A stretch of 50,725 nt of DNA from Spirogloea muscicola (taxonomy: Eukaryota), in contig WELB01000020.1 of the NCBI GenBank assembly GCA_009602725.1, positions 775,658-826,382 of the forward strand. Reading direction: 5' to 3'. Below the pieces are notes generated by a model, which saw only the letters and a list, made by a program, of their open reading frames with translations, made no database searches and was not told where the DNA came from. Below are positions 25,101 through 37,500 of this stretch, in pieces. Position 1 is the stretch's first letter. Each line of letters begins with the position of its first letter. A program made the position numbers and the translations under genes.

Positions 25101-26641
25101 GAGCTTGTCCTTCTCATTCTGCATCGCCGTCTCAATGACCTGCTTGATGGGGTTGTAGCAGAACTGCACGAAGCCACGACTGCATGTAGAGGCGCCGGTG
25201 TTCTTTGTGGTCCACTTCCTGGTCGCAGAATCGAAGTAATTTTCTCCCCACAGCCTCTCCATCATCTTCTTACGGTCCACCTTGAACTTGTCAGCATACA
25301 TCTTAGCGAAGTTGGTGAGGGTGAATGCCCACCCGTGAAGGCCAGCCGAGAATGCAACCGTTCCCTTGTCGGGGTACACCTGGACGTTGCCCAGCAGCTC
25401 ATCCTCATACGTGGCCATAATGACGTTCGCGTTCTCAATCACGCGATTGTAGGAGCGATAGGCCTCCTCCCCATCTTGCTGCAGCTCCAGGAAGCAGCGG
25501 TCCATCTTGTTGACAGTCAGCACCGGCCTGATACGCTCTCCTAGGGCCTGCCTCAGGACTGTCTCCGTCTGCACGCACACCCCCTCAATGCAATCCACGA
25601 CCACAAGTGCGCCATCTGTGATACGGAGAGCAGCTGTGACTTCAGATGAGAAGTCCACGTGGCCGGGGGAGTCGATTAGGTTGATGAGGTAGTCATTCCC
25701 ATCCCTGTCGCCAACCATCCCCTCCAGGGCCTCATCAGTAATCTGATAGTACAGAGAAATCCCAGTGGACTTGATAGTGATGCCGCGCTCGGCCTCGTCA
25801 GCACGAGTGTCAGTCATCCGAACGTCGCCGGCCACCTCTTGGGCGATGATTCCAGCGGCTGCCACCAAAGAATCTGTGAGGGTGGACTTGCCTGCAACAT
25901 ACATAGTAGAGATTGATGAGGACATACAAAATCAGCTGAGAGGACGAAGTAGAGCAACACTAGCACATATCACGCACTTGTCAAAGCATCGCAGATAATT
26001 CTCTTAGCGCTCTGCAGCAATTCGTGCTCAAGAAAGACAGGCAAAGGGCAAAGCGGATCTTGCAGGCCCGCAAAAAGGCGCAACTAGTGCATACCATGGT
26101 CCACGTGTGCAATCACGGACATATTCCTGATATTGTGCTTCTTGTCCATGATCAGCCGCATCTCCTCTGCCGTGAACTTCGGCTGCAATAACGAGAAGAA
26201 CCAGTCAACCCAGCTGCGTCAACAAGGCACGAGAACACAGTATCTCGCAGCCAGTTGAGACCTTGGCTAAGAGGTGCTTTCAGAAGCCACCCAACACAAG
26301 GTCTCTCAATCGTCAGACGACCGGCGTTGACGCCCTGCTAGCCAGAGCATGTATCACGAGCACCCCAACTTAAGGATAACCTCCCACACGTATGACCTGT
26401 TCTACAAGGAGTCAACACCCTCTTTGAGCACAGCAGCTGCAGTGCACACAAAGACCCAAAGCTAAGTGAATCGACAATCAGCCCCGCTGCACGAAACTGC
26501 GAGTGCGGCTCCAACGTCGCCGAAGTCCGTGCAGCTAGCAAGCAGACACGCAGACGCTCTGCTCCGCCTCCGCTGCTCTGTCCGATGACCAAGGCACGTG
26601 CTGGGAGTCCTTTGCAAGGAAGGGGCGGAAGGCCTCACCAT
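22161..26641 (-). CDS. EEF2: Eukaryotic translation elongation factor 2 (eEF2), 8 coding exons
   Basis: Exons 26641-26639 (ATG), 26182-26095 ([13 protein letters not shown]), 25891-24759 ([32 protein letters not shown]), 24510-24097, 23789-23586, 23338-22976 (diphthamide region [12 protein letters not shown]), 22754-22540 and 22272-22161 ([13 protein letters not shown]). All introns are GT-AG. Confidence 0.98.
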
Positions 26642-26700
26642 GGTAGCGGGCTGGCGCAGACACCGCCCGCTCAGGGCTTGCTGAGGAGGAAGCCGCGGAT

Positions 26701-26734
<34 letters not shown>

Positions 26735-26971
26735 CGGGGGCGGAGAGGGGAGGATGTGGTAGGGCTACAAGCGAGGGCTTACGCTAAGGGCATCACAAAC
26801 TGCGAGATGGGAAGGCCCAGCCTTCCGGGTCTGCAGGCCGCGGAGGGGGTCAGTGGAAGGGAGGAGGTGCTCTCCAAAAGCGAAGCAGGCGATTATCTAT
26901 CGTAGTGGCGGTGGGGAGAGGGTGTCTCCGCGGTGGGGAGAGAGAGCATTGGGGGCCGGGCCCCCTTCCCC

Positions 26972-27086
26972 CTTTATATAGCATTGTTTAGTCTGCACTC
27001 GACTCTGCCTGAACAATGTATTGGCTTGAATTGGCCTCCCTTTCAATTCATGCGCCCCGCGCGCCTTCTCTCTCTTCTTAGGGTTT
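26972..27086 (-). promoter_or_regulatory. Candidate eEF2 promoter motifs: TATATAAA and telo-box AAACCCTA
   Basis: Minus-strand TATATAAA at ~26980-26973 and AAACCCTA at 27086-27079. Telo-boxes are typical of plant translation-factor promoters. Function is inferred only. Confidence 0.4.
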
Positions 27087-28080
27087 AACGCGGGGTTGGT
27101 GGCCCGCCTCGCGCCTTTGGCCGCCCGATGCGCATCCGGGCCGCGCATCCGACGGCCCGGCTTCTGGATCCACCCCCAGGAGCTGCAGGGAACGGAGTGT
27201 GTATCAAGTGATGGAGGAGAAACGTGTATAAAGAGATGGGGAGGCCATGTGTGGCCAAGTACGAAGGCAAGCACATTGACAAATGCACGTCACCTGCTGC
27301 TAACCCGACCCGCTCAGTAACCACGAGTCAGCACATAGAGGTCGCTAACTGATGGAGGGGAGACGGGTTGCAGGCAGACGCCCGAGCGACATCAAAAGAA
27401 CGATAATAGCCATTCCCATGGCCGATAGCTCTGAAAGAGAGAAGCGCGGCCAGTTTGACTGGTGGCTGGGAAAGGCCAGCCCAAAGGAATGGACAAGGTC
27501 TGAAGGAGCCGGAGTGCGAACGACTAGGACTAAGACATTAGCCAAGGAACGCTCAGTAACCTATAGTCAGGAGATGCAAGTCTGAGTAGCTAGCCGGCGG
27601 AAAGATGTCGCTCTGACGGAAGCCGGAGGCCGCCGCCAAAGCCAAAGCGGCGGCCTCCGGCTTCTTAGTCCTAGTCCTTCGCACTCCGGCTCCTTCAGAC
27701 CTTGTCCATTCCTTTGGGCTGGCCTTTCCCAGCCACCAGTCAATGTGGCCGCGCTTTCTGATTCATGTAGCCCCACATTTTTGCACTAATTTTGCCGGAA
27801 CAGTGTTGGCTAGGATTGGCCACCCTTTCATTTCGTGCGCACCGCGCGCCTTATCTCTCTTTCACGGCCATTGTCCCCTTGCTGCGAGTTACTCGACTTG
27901 CTGCTGCTCACTCGTGGTCACTAAGCTTCCATCTGCCGTAGGCTCGTGTCTAGCTGCGTCGTTTTAGGCACATTTTTGGCTCTTTGGACCATGTCCTCTC
28001 CTTTTGGGCGGGCCTTTCCCAGTCAATCTGGCCGCGCTTTCGTTTCACAGCCCCTACCTTCTGTGGGCGAGCACTTCCTC
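26975..28080. mobile_element. RLE retroelement 3' fragments between divergent eEF2 and small Cys/His gene (E plus 26975-27073; A minus 27195-27350; F head-to-head 27440-27760; further ends 27805-28080)
   Basis: Sequence identity to other copies in the window, ORF ends DLYVLTRGY* and SDLHLLTIGY*, and terminal hairpins. Confidence 0.72.
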
Positions 28081-28173
28081 GGCAGAAGCTTCTTCTCCTG
28101 GCCGCCGCTGCAGTCCGCCCCCGCGCCGCGCAGCCCGCCGCCGCCGCCGCCGCCGGACGCGGCGCAGCGTGGN

Positions 28174-28587
28174 GGCCGTCCCGCGTGCCGCCCCGGGCCG
28201 CGCCGCCGCTGAGGCGCGTACCTGCCGCCGCTGCAAGCAGGCCTTCGACGCAGCGCAGTCAGCGAGTCCGTGCAGGTGGGCGCCGTGGCCTTGCCCGTCG
28301 GTGAGCTGCCGTCCAGGAAGCCAGTAACGAAGCGGCGGCTCAAGCAGCAGTCTCCGGCCCCGCATGGCCTCAGGTACCACCCGGCTCTGTACACGGGCGG
28401 CGAGCGGGGCAAGGCCACGGGCTTCGTGCGGGCCAGCGCGGCGCCCGAGGACCAGCTCAGTGCCGTGCTGCCGGGGGGCCCCGGCCTGCTTCGCTTCTGG
28501 GATTGCTGCGGTGCCGTGGAGCCTGATGCATTGGGCTGCTGCATTGGGTCGCATGTCACGTACGACAGCACCACCAATGGCCAGTGA
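28174..28587 (+). CDS. Small uncharacterised Cys/His-rich (putative Zn-binding) plant-type protein; N-terminus unresolved
   Basis: Exon ..RTCRRCKQAFDAAQSASPC(R) ends at 28275, followed by intron 28276-28373 (GT..AG). Second exon reads YHPALYTGGERGKATGF..RFWDCCGAVEPDALGCCIGSHVTYDSTTNGQ*, giving CxxC..CRYH..WxCC..GC...H spacing. Confidence 0.7.
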
Positions 28588-29082
28588 TGGTCCTGAACAC
28601 TGTCCTGCAATCAGGGGCTCTGGTACGAGCATGGGCTGCATTAGCTGGACGTCTATCGACCAACAGATCCACCGACTGTTCACACATTTAGCATGGCCTC
28701 TTTGCTGCTTGAAAGGGCTAACACAGAATTGCACGACCAAGAGCAAACGAGAAGAAGAGTACAGGAGCATCTGCATGCACTGCATGTTTGCTACGCTTCA
28801 CAGGGCCAGGAAGGCAGGGTGTCAATTGATCGCCATCTCTTCTGGCATGATTGACAACATCTTCTATGAAGTGAGTGTCAAAATAGGTAATGAGCTGGTA
28901 CCAAAAATAACAATGTCCCTGGGTGGAAAGGGAGTCAGGGATGTGACGGTGAGGCAGGCTGGCGTTAACAAGTATAATGTCGACGTGGGCCAAGAGGGGC
29001 TATGCCCTCGACAGAGCTGTATAAATCTGCACAAGTGAACCTATAATAACAGCAGCTGGTGGGGCTGAATGGGACTAGTCTA

Positions 29083-31621
29083 TCAGGTGCAAACCTCACA
29101 GCTTCCCACTATCGACTGATCAATTGATACAGTCTCATGAGAGACATCCCATAGATGGGGAACAGCCTCCTGCAGGTTGTGGATGCTGGGCACTGCGTAA
29201 TCTGCAGCTTCTATCTTCTGTGACATGCCGACCTGCATATTCAGATATGAGTTATACAGCTGCAGACGACTTCAAAGCGCGGTGCAAACAATCAGTCACT
29301 CAGAATCGTAAATGCGTGCACCAGTGCATTCGTCACAAGATGCCAATCGCATGCGTTGTATGAGCAATGGCATGGGCAGCAAACCATGTGAGCTCTTTAA
29401 GACTCACCAAAACTGTGTGGATGCCTGCGGCCTTTGCAGCAGCTATGTTGCGATGGCTGTCATCCAAGAACATCTGCAAAAGGATGCTTGAGCATCAGTT
29501 ATTCCGCGTGCCTATGCGATGGCGAACATGTGCTAGTTCCACATGATCACACTATTAATGATTGATATGATCTCCTGGCGTAGAAGCACGCAGACACAAA
29601 CCTGCAACAAGCAAGCCCTACCGTTTGGTGTGGAGTAGCATTTGCAAGCCGAAGAGCAAGACGGAATGCTTCGGCGTCTGGCTTGCAAACGATTTTGACT
29701 GTGCTTGAGCTTTCAGCGGGGATGCTCTGTTCAGAATGTTGGAGCACTTCCTGCTTGACCCTGTCTTGCTGCTGTTGATCGGCTGTCTTATATGTCGAGG
29801 CTACATCTGTACCTCCTGGAGTAACAAGCCTGGCAGCGGCAGTGATCTGCTCAGTGTTGTGATTGTACAACGTCTCAAAGGATATAATTGCTTCAAAAAG
29901 GTCCTCCACACCCAGGATTCTTAGCACTTTCATTGCATGTGGGTGGTCAGCATTGGTGAAGATCTGCAAGACAGGAAAGAGAAACAGTGAGGTACTTCCA
30001 AACTGCTGATAACAGCAGCTGCTAGTTGACCAATGCCGCTTGTCTTCTGAAATATGAAATCGTCATGTAAGGAAAGACATGTCAAGCCCCTTGTGAGTGG
30101 CTGGGCAAGCCACTGCAAGTCCAGGCAGCAGCAAATAAAACACGGGAGCATCTTGCACATTCAGCAAGAGCTGAAAAGCATGGGATCTGGTTCAGGCGCA
30201 GAGCCAATGGACTCCAGCAACCTCAAGTTGGCAGTGAGGAGTAAGAAAGATAGGGGACGTCCACTGTCATGGTTGAGGATTGCGAGTAACTAAAGCTGGG
30301 GCACTGTAGGGCGAGGACATTAGTAGAGTTCTCACCAAGCGCCGTTGCTTCATGCTGAGGAGGAGAGTACGAAGACTAGGATCTGGGCGTAAGACTTCGT
30401 ACGGGAGACGGCCGTGCACAAAACTGAAAGCAAAGTCTCAACTGATATGTCACAATCTGTGATACTGTAATTTTAAAGTCTTGTCTTCGACTCCTGTACT
30501 TGTTGGCAACAAGACATGTGTATAACATATAACGTGTAATTTTGTGGTTCATACAACAACTCTCCAAAGGCACCTCTCCCAGGACCTCTCGAAATAACGA
30601 GTTGACAACGACAGGATCAATGACTCATACAATGGGTTGCCCGCCTCACAGTGGACCCCATACATGATTGAGCTTTGCGGTGTGCATCATATGAACCAAG
30701 AGAGCACAGCAATTTCTGGCTCCAACCCTCTCTGATATGTCATCTTTGACCCTGAGTCGTGAACTAGAAGGAAATAACATGACAGAAATGCTTACTAATT
30801 TGGCACAACAGAGACAAGCAGACAATCTACAGCACCAATAAGAGCTTCACCTGTGCCAATGGTCATAGTCCAGATCATAACCCAGCGCCTGCGATACGAA
30901 ATCATGCATGATCACTAGGCAAGGAAATATGGGTAAGGAAATATCAGATGTCCTGCACAAGAGCTTTGTTACAATATTAGGCTTCTCTTCTCTTGCAGGG
31001 TGGCCTAAGAATGAAGCCCAATATGGAAGCTCATCCAAGTTGCCAAACCTGAAGTCCAGCCAAGGTTGTGCCATGCTTGATGTAGAGCTGCTTGCTTACT
31101 TCCTCAACATTGTGGCGCGAAAAGGAGAGATGCTCGATCATATACTCTGAAAGGCAGTGCTATACCCCTTCAGCAACTTCAGTCCTGTCAAAGAGGACTA
31201 GCTGCATATTGAAGCACCTGTTTGACATATCTGTGAAGGAGTGACAGAGGAAATCTATACCTGTTGGTACTGTATATTTCCTTCTATATAGTACCTATTG
31301 TAAAACAAGCTTTGGAGTACATTGTCGTTTGGCTTGGCCTGAGGAACAAGTACTACCAAACGGTTGCAGAATCACCTTGTATATTTCTGGCACATGCCTC
31401 TGCTAAACCAGAGCTGAGTGGGTACAATGTGTCGTCCAAGTCTGCATGGATTAGCATGACACTGGCATTGGTGCCAGACAAATAATGCAAAGTTGAGATA
31501 TAGGCTTGAAGTCAGCACAACAAGCACTGTGCTTGAGCAAGGTCTTACCAAAGAGCAGGGTGTCAATCTGAGCTTGACATGACGCCGAATCCTCACAGTT
31601 CTTTGGATTGGTTGACGTCAT
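29083..31621 (-). CDS. HAD-superfamily hydrolase, pyrimidine 5'-nucleotidase (SDT1-like)
   Basis: Spliced motifs IDTLLF|DLDDTLYP (HAD motif I, ~31560/31440), LYIKHGTTLAGLQ (~31050), ALGYDLDYDHWH, FVHGRLPYEVLRPD, IFTNAD (29963), CKPDAEAF, FLDDSHRNIAAAKAAGIHTVL (~29470-29408) and VG..ADYAVPSIHNL..* (stop 29085-29083). Extra upstream exons near 31912-32030 are possible. Confidence 0.9.
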
Positions 31622-32503
31622 TTCAAGAGAAAGACCAACTTGTAGCAGGACGAGGATTGTAAACAGCATGCTGTTCGTGTAGAGCTCATGCACCCATCAA
31701 GTTCCAAAATCCCTGCAGAAGGCCTGCCTCTCCCTCTTTAAGGTAATAATTCATGTAACTTCAACAATACTACAAAGTGGCCTCTGGCAATGACAATTGC
31801 GACGAGGCAAGTACTGCCGTCAATGAAGGCGAGTACACAATGAACTGAAGTCTTCTACATGTTGCATGTCATGCTGATCACCACTTCGTTCTTTTAGATG
31901 AGAGGAATCACCAGGGGGGGCCAAGAACGTCAGAAGTGAGCGAGGCGTCTGACGGAAGAGTAGGATCGGTCTTCGTCACAGGATCGCCAGCTGATGGAGA
32001 ACGAGGGGTTACAGAGTCGGCGGGCCCTATCAGGAGGTGAGTAAGTGTTCTCAAACTGCAGCTTGCGGCCGCCTCAGAGCCGTAAAGACTGCCGCCTGCG
32101 CGGCGCCTGCGGCTGGCTTCCGCGCGCGGCGCGCGGCTCGTCCGCCATGACGGCGTCGCCAGCCTCAAGGCGGCGGAGCGGGCGGCTCTGGGGGCGTGGC
32201 GGGCGCGCCGGGCGGGAGTTGCCGTCGCTAGTTGAGGTGCCGAGGTGCCGGCGGAGCCGAGGGAGGCCAGCGCGGCCCGTCTCGCGAGCACGGTCATTCG
32301 CCGTCGTTGATTGGGAGAGCCCCAATGGGCCTGCGACGGTGACACAGCGGCTACGTTGGGGGGAGGGCCGCCTTGTTTTAGTGGTGGGAACATTCGGGGA
32401 ACAGGGGAATCCCCGCGCGGCATCTCCATCGGACGGCCGCCCCCTGGGAATGCCTCGCGACTCGGACGGCGCGGATGGCCCGCACACCGCGCTCCCACGC
32501 CGG

Positions 32504-33975
32504 ACTCGTGGTTACTGAGCGGGTCGGCTTAGCAGCAGGTGATGTGCAGGCGGTGCGGCGCCGTGCCAAGAGAGAAGGCGCGCGGGGCGCATGAAATGAA
32601 AAGGAGGCCAATTCAAGCCGACACATTGTTCAGGCAGAGTCTAGGGCAAACTAAACAGGGCTACATAAATACGGAAACCGAAACCAAGGTGCCTAAGGTG
32701 ACATCAGTACCCACGGGTGAGCACAAACAAATCCGACAAGCTAACTTGAGGAGCTGGAGCGCTGCCAAGAAGGCAGGGGCATAGGCACCAGGAGGTGCGG
32801 ACGCTGAAGAGCCCAACTCCGAGAGGACTGGCTTTGACCAGCACGTAAACTGGAGCGCACTCGACATGCAAGCCCGTGAATTACCATCTTGGCACAATTC
32901 TCTCAGGCTGGTTGGGCTTGTGGTGCTTGACTCAGCGCCACACGCGTGGTTGTAAGGTTGCAGACATTGCATCTTGCGAACCTATCCAAGTAAAATGAGT
33001 CCAAAGTCTGAGTGCTCTGGCTTGGCCGATGCTAAGAGTTTGAGAGTATCGAGGCAAAAGCCAGAGCACTCGAACTCGGATCGGCCAAAGCCAGAGCACT
33101 CGTACTTGGAGGGAAAGGACCAACTTTACTCCAAACAAGCTCTGCAAGATGCGATAAGTTCATCCTTCAAAATTACACAAGTGGCGCTGAGACACGCAAC
33201 ACAGGCCTAACCAGCCTCGGAGAGACTGTTCAAAGAAATTTTGTCCAAGCAAGTACGAGCCTGCCTTCAATTTGCGCGGGTCATCATAGCGGTCAAACGG
33301 AAAAAAACTGTCGGGGTTGGTTGGAATTCTTCGGCGTCTGGACCTCCTGGTGCCTATGGCCATGCCTTCTTGGCTTGGCGCGCAACGCTCCACCAACGCC
33401 TGCCGGTGCAACGGCGCGGCGGCTTGCTAGTGACTCCAGGCCACATCCATACCAAGGAAGAGACTGGACCGACTGAAGTACTTGGTCCCGTGAGCTTACC
33501 ATCTATCTTTCAGTCTTAGTACAGCCCCTCCGCTCCTTCGTGCTCGGTCACCCCAAGAATCACTTATTGTGTTGGGATGAGCAGTCCTCTGACCATCTGC
33601 CACCCCTTATTTTCCAATGTGGCCAGAATACTATCTGAACCGATAGTAAGCTCTTCCTAAGGCGGCGACGGCTTAGAAAAGCCAGCCCAACTTTGGACAA
33701 GGTGCAATCTGCCGAAAGGTGCTGAAGCCACACGGCTGTGCACGTGACTATGGCCTATGGGAGCTCAGTGACCCCGAGTCGGCAGCCGCAATTCCGAGTG
33801 ACTTGCAGCTGGAAACGAGTTACCCCGACGACATTCAGAAGTAACAGCCAAAGTGCGGCCAGACCGCAAGTGTGTTGCATGAGCCTGGGAGCACTAACAG
33901 AAAATGGAGAGCTGCGAGCAGAGCTCCTTGGCAAACGACCCGGCAGTGTTGAAGCCGGGCAACTCGCCGTGCTGT
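32504..33975. mobile_element. RLE retroelement fragments upstream of the HAD gene
   Basis: A end on plus (32504-32548). E end on minus (SDLFVLTRGY* ~32735-32704 with UTR to ~32570). Inverted E piece at 33320-33374. Degenerate minus ORF GFNTAGSFA..AHATHLRSGRTL..ELRLPTRGH* (33975-33765). Confidence 0.65.
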
Positions 33976-34585
33976 CCCTGCCAACTTCTGAGTCTACCTG
34001 CAATTATGCGATGCTGCCTGGCTGACCCGCTAAAAGTGTTAAGTGGCTTTGCCACCCTCATAGCTAGACTCAGGCTTTTCTGCTCCTGTGAGCTTCTCTC
34101 TGAGCAACACCCGCGGCAGGATGCTTCAAGCATTTGAGGCCATTCGGTGGATGGGCAGAGTGCGAGCATGCCTTGATCAAAACTGGCCTGGAGGGGCGGT
34201 GCTCGCAACTCTGTTCAAAGCAGACCTTATCATGACTCCACCTTGCATATCCGCGTGTGCAGTAACCTCACCTTCCTTGTCAGATTGACATCACTATAAC
34301 CCCGACAAATAGTTGCACAACATGCAAGCTTCAGTGGCAGCCCCCATGCCAAGGAAGTTTGCATGCCCTTTGGCTGTGTCTGGGTGACACATATGGGATG
34401 CCTGTGCTGCTAAATTAGTAAGAGAGCAACCAGAGTCCCCCTGCTCTGATTCTGTACAAATTTGGGGGAGCACAAACAATGGCACGCGCCTCACACGCGT
34501 GCACCAGCTGACTAAGAAGCTCTGACAAGTGACGTGGGCTGTGGGCAGTGGTAATTCGACAGGCCTTGAGCTGCAACTTGCCCTG

Positions 34586-37500
34586 TCAGACTGACTGCGG
34601 TGCAGCCTCTCTTTTGACCGCCACCATCTCATCGTGAGGCTTCAGGACGACTGCCGCAGGCAGCCAGATCTCAACACGCGTGCCGCCGAAACCTGCAGGC
34701 GCATCCAGCAGGTGCGGCGACTGCACCCGCATCACGCCCCCCAGGACTTCAACGGTGTTGCGGGCGATGCTGAGCCCGTTCAGCGCCTGCACGCATCCTT
34801 CCGCCGTGCTTGCCTGCAAGCCACGCACCCCTCCCCCGAGCGGTGCAGTGGCCCCTACCTGCATCTGAGTTTGGAAGGCAGGGCAGGGGCACATAAGTGC
34901 AATGCATGCTAGCTACTACATACACCAGCAAAAGCGAAGTGTCAAGTCTGAAATGAATAGAAAATCTCATGACATGCGTGGTGTGTAGGTGCTGCAGCAA
35001 CTACTACGCTTGAAAGAGGTGTCAGATGGTTCATTGATAGCACTATCCCTCAATCTTTTGAACTTTGGCACTGAAATCTATGCATCTATCTGATCTTTCA
35101 GCGAACTGGACATTGATGCGATGTGGAACATGCACAGCACGAGCTACTCCCAGCAGCCAAGGTAGCGGTGGAGCAGCTCGTCTGACTGCTTCCTAAGCTG
35201 GCAGATATGTAGTAAGCAGAGAGGGAGAGGAGGCCTGCACTCACCACAAGGCTCATGCCTGGTCCATTATCCTCAACTACTACCAACACGCCTCCCCCGG
35301 GGGCGGCGCTCACGACGACCTTCAGCCAGCCTCCTGATGCCGTATACTGCATTCGATGATAGAGGAGGAGCAAGAAGGCACTTTGAGAGTGCCATCCCTT
35401 GCAACTCGATGCCTGTGGCATGACTTAGCACTGGCCTACAGAAGGCAGTGGGAGAAGAAAGGAAGCCAGCTAACAAAAGTAGGTGAGGGTGAGGGTCACT
35501 TAGAAACCTGTAGAGATATGTCAATGACATTGCTCAAGGCCTGCCGCACATCGAAGGCATTCCCTGCAACCAGCGGAAGTACTCCTAGAGGCACGGGGAC
35601 GTGCTCCAACGCAAGCTGCCGGAGCTGTGCAAGCCCACCAGCAGCTAATACAAGCTCGGCCACGATGCTGGCCACGTCGCAGGTCTGCCTGCAATAATGA
35701 CAAGTTACAGCAACAAGTTAGATGCTTTGCTTCTGGCGCCTTCGTGCTATCAAGATTCACACCTATCCCCTGGCTTTGTCGGATGGTAAACGTCAGTAGT
35801 TGCAAAAGCTGTACTTTCAGCCACAGCACAGCAGATCACGCACTAGGCATTCTTCATCTCAGAGTATCTATCAGCTTCTGCAACATTGAAGTGGTTGTGT
35901 CAGATCGTACACACCCTCCATTGGGCGCGAGCAAGGGGGTGAGGGCATAGGGCGGCATTGGGAGCTCCTCGTCGCGCAGCTCCTTGAGGAGGCATTGCTT
36001 GGAGCCAAGCCCCTGGTAGCCCCGAAGCCGCTGCTGCCGTGGCGGCTCACATTGCGTTCCATGCTGCAACAGAGGCTCCCGGGCGGATGCCTGCCTGCTG
36101 CCAACACCCTCCACGACCTTGCCTCGCTCACGCGCAGCAGCAGGGTGTGAGGTGCAAGGAGCACTAAGGCACAGTCCTGCCTGCTGGCTAAGGAACAATG
36201 CATTGCTACTTGATCAGGGATTGCAATAATAAAGGTTTGTGATAATTAAGGTAGCAACAACATGTGTCACTTCATGGGCTCCGGAGAGAATTGTATGCAG
36301 CATTGTCTCTTGTGACTTGACAGTGAGCCGCAGCCCAGGCATGGACACTATCCTTCTACCTGAGTGGGATATAGCGCCTTCTGCAGCTGCTGGAGCACCT
36401 CGGCCATGCGGTCTCCTTGCACCAGGATGTCGTCCACCATGTCATTGGCCAGCTGCCACACAAGAAGAAGAGCACTACGCCGAGCAGTCAAGTGGTGACG
36501 GATGAAGGAAGGAAGTTGATGCGAGCCACGTCTGGAATGTTGGGACGCCAATTCTTCCTCTCTGAATAGATGGCTGTCCGAAACATCAATGAAGCCTGCA
36601 GCGAATCTCTCAAAAGTGGCAGCAAGCGTGCTTCACCTCGCCTCCCTTGAGCTGCGGGAGCAGCATCTTGCCGAGCGTGCGAAGCGAAGTCAGTGGGCTC
36701 CTCACCTGCCCATCAGCAGCAAATGAATTTTGGCATAATATTGAACTCCTGGGACTGCAGCTTGCTGTAATCGGGCCAGATAGGAAAGGGTGTCTAAGCT
36801 TGCCACAAACTGAAGAAATGCTCCAATATTGATGTGCTATCCAAGTTAACCATGTCGACTTAAGCTGCCGCCTGCTATGACAACTGCATTCTGGACTGCG
36901 CACTTGGGCTCCAATAAGCTACGAGAATAGAGCAATGTAAGCTTTTGGTTCCTTTGCTATTTATGGCCCAAGACCAATCAGGTCCCTGAAGGGGCTGTGG
37001 TTGTGTGCTCGTGTACCTGCTCCAGAAGCCCGTCAAGTACAACGTTTCTCTGCCAGGAATTCGCCTGCAGCAGCAACGCCCTCTGCCCACAAGTCCCCCC
37101 TCTCAAAAAGCCAAGTGAGGCCTTGCTCGTACTGAAGTGACAGCAAGCGAGGAAGAAGCAAGCAGCGACGGTGAAGGCTGCCATGCAGCCGAGGCTGCCA
37201 TGCACTGCCAGGTGGACATTGTATCTTTCACGATGATTTCCACTTCAATGCATGCAATATGCCTCACCTGGTCAATGACGCACGCCATGGCCAGGGTACG
37301 GGCGACATCCGCTGCCCGCCTTTGCTCCTCCGCAGTGAAGATTGGGATCTTGGCCATCTTGGGCAGGCTCTGCAGGCCCAGGCCTTGCGAGCCCTTCTCG
37401 CCACCGGCGCTGATGCTGGCCTTCCCTCCGTCCGGGACGGGGACGCTGCTCTTTGGTGGCCACACGGGCCGCACGACCTTCAAAGCCGCTGACTTTGTCA

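Noticed and set aside
32074..32149. Possible uORF MADEPRAARGSQPQAPRRRQSLRL upstream of the HAD gene
   Set aside because: The transcript structure is unknown, so it cannot be distinguished from a chance ORF or an alternative first exon.
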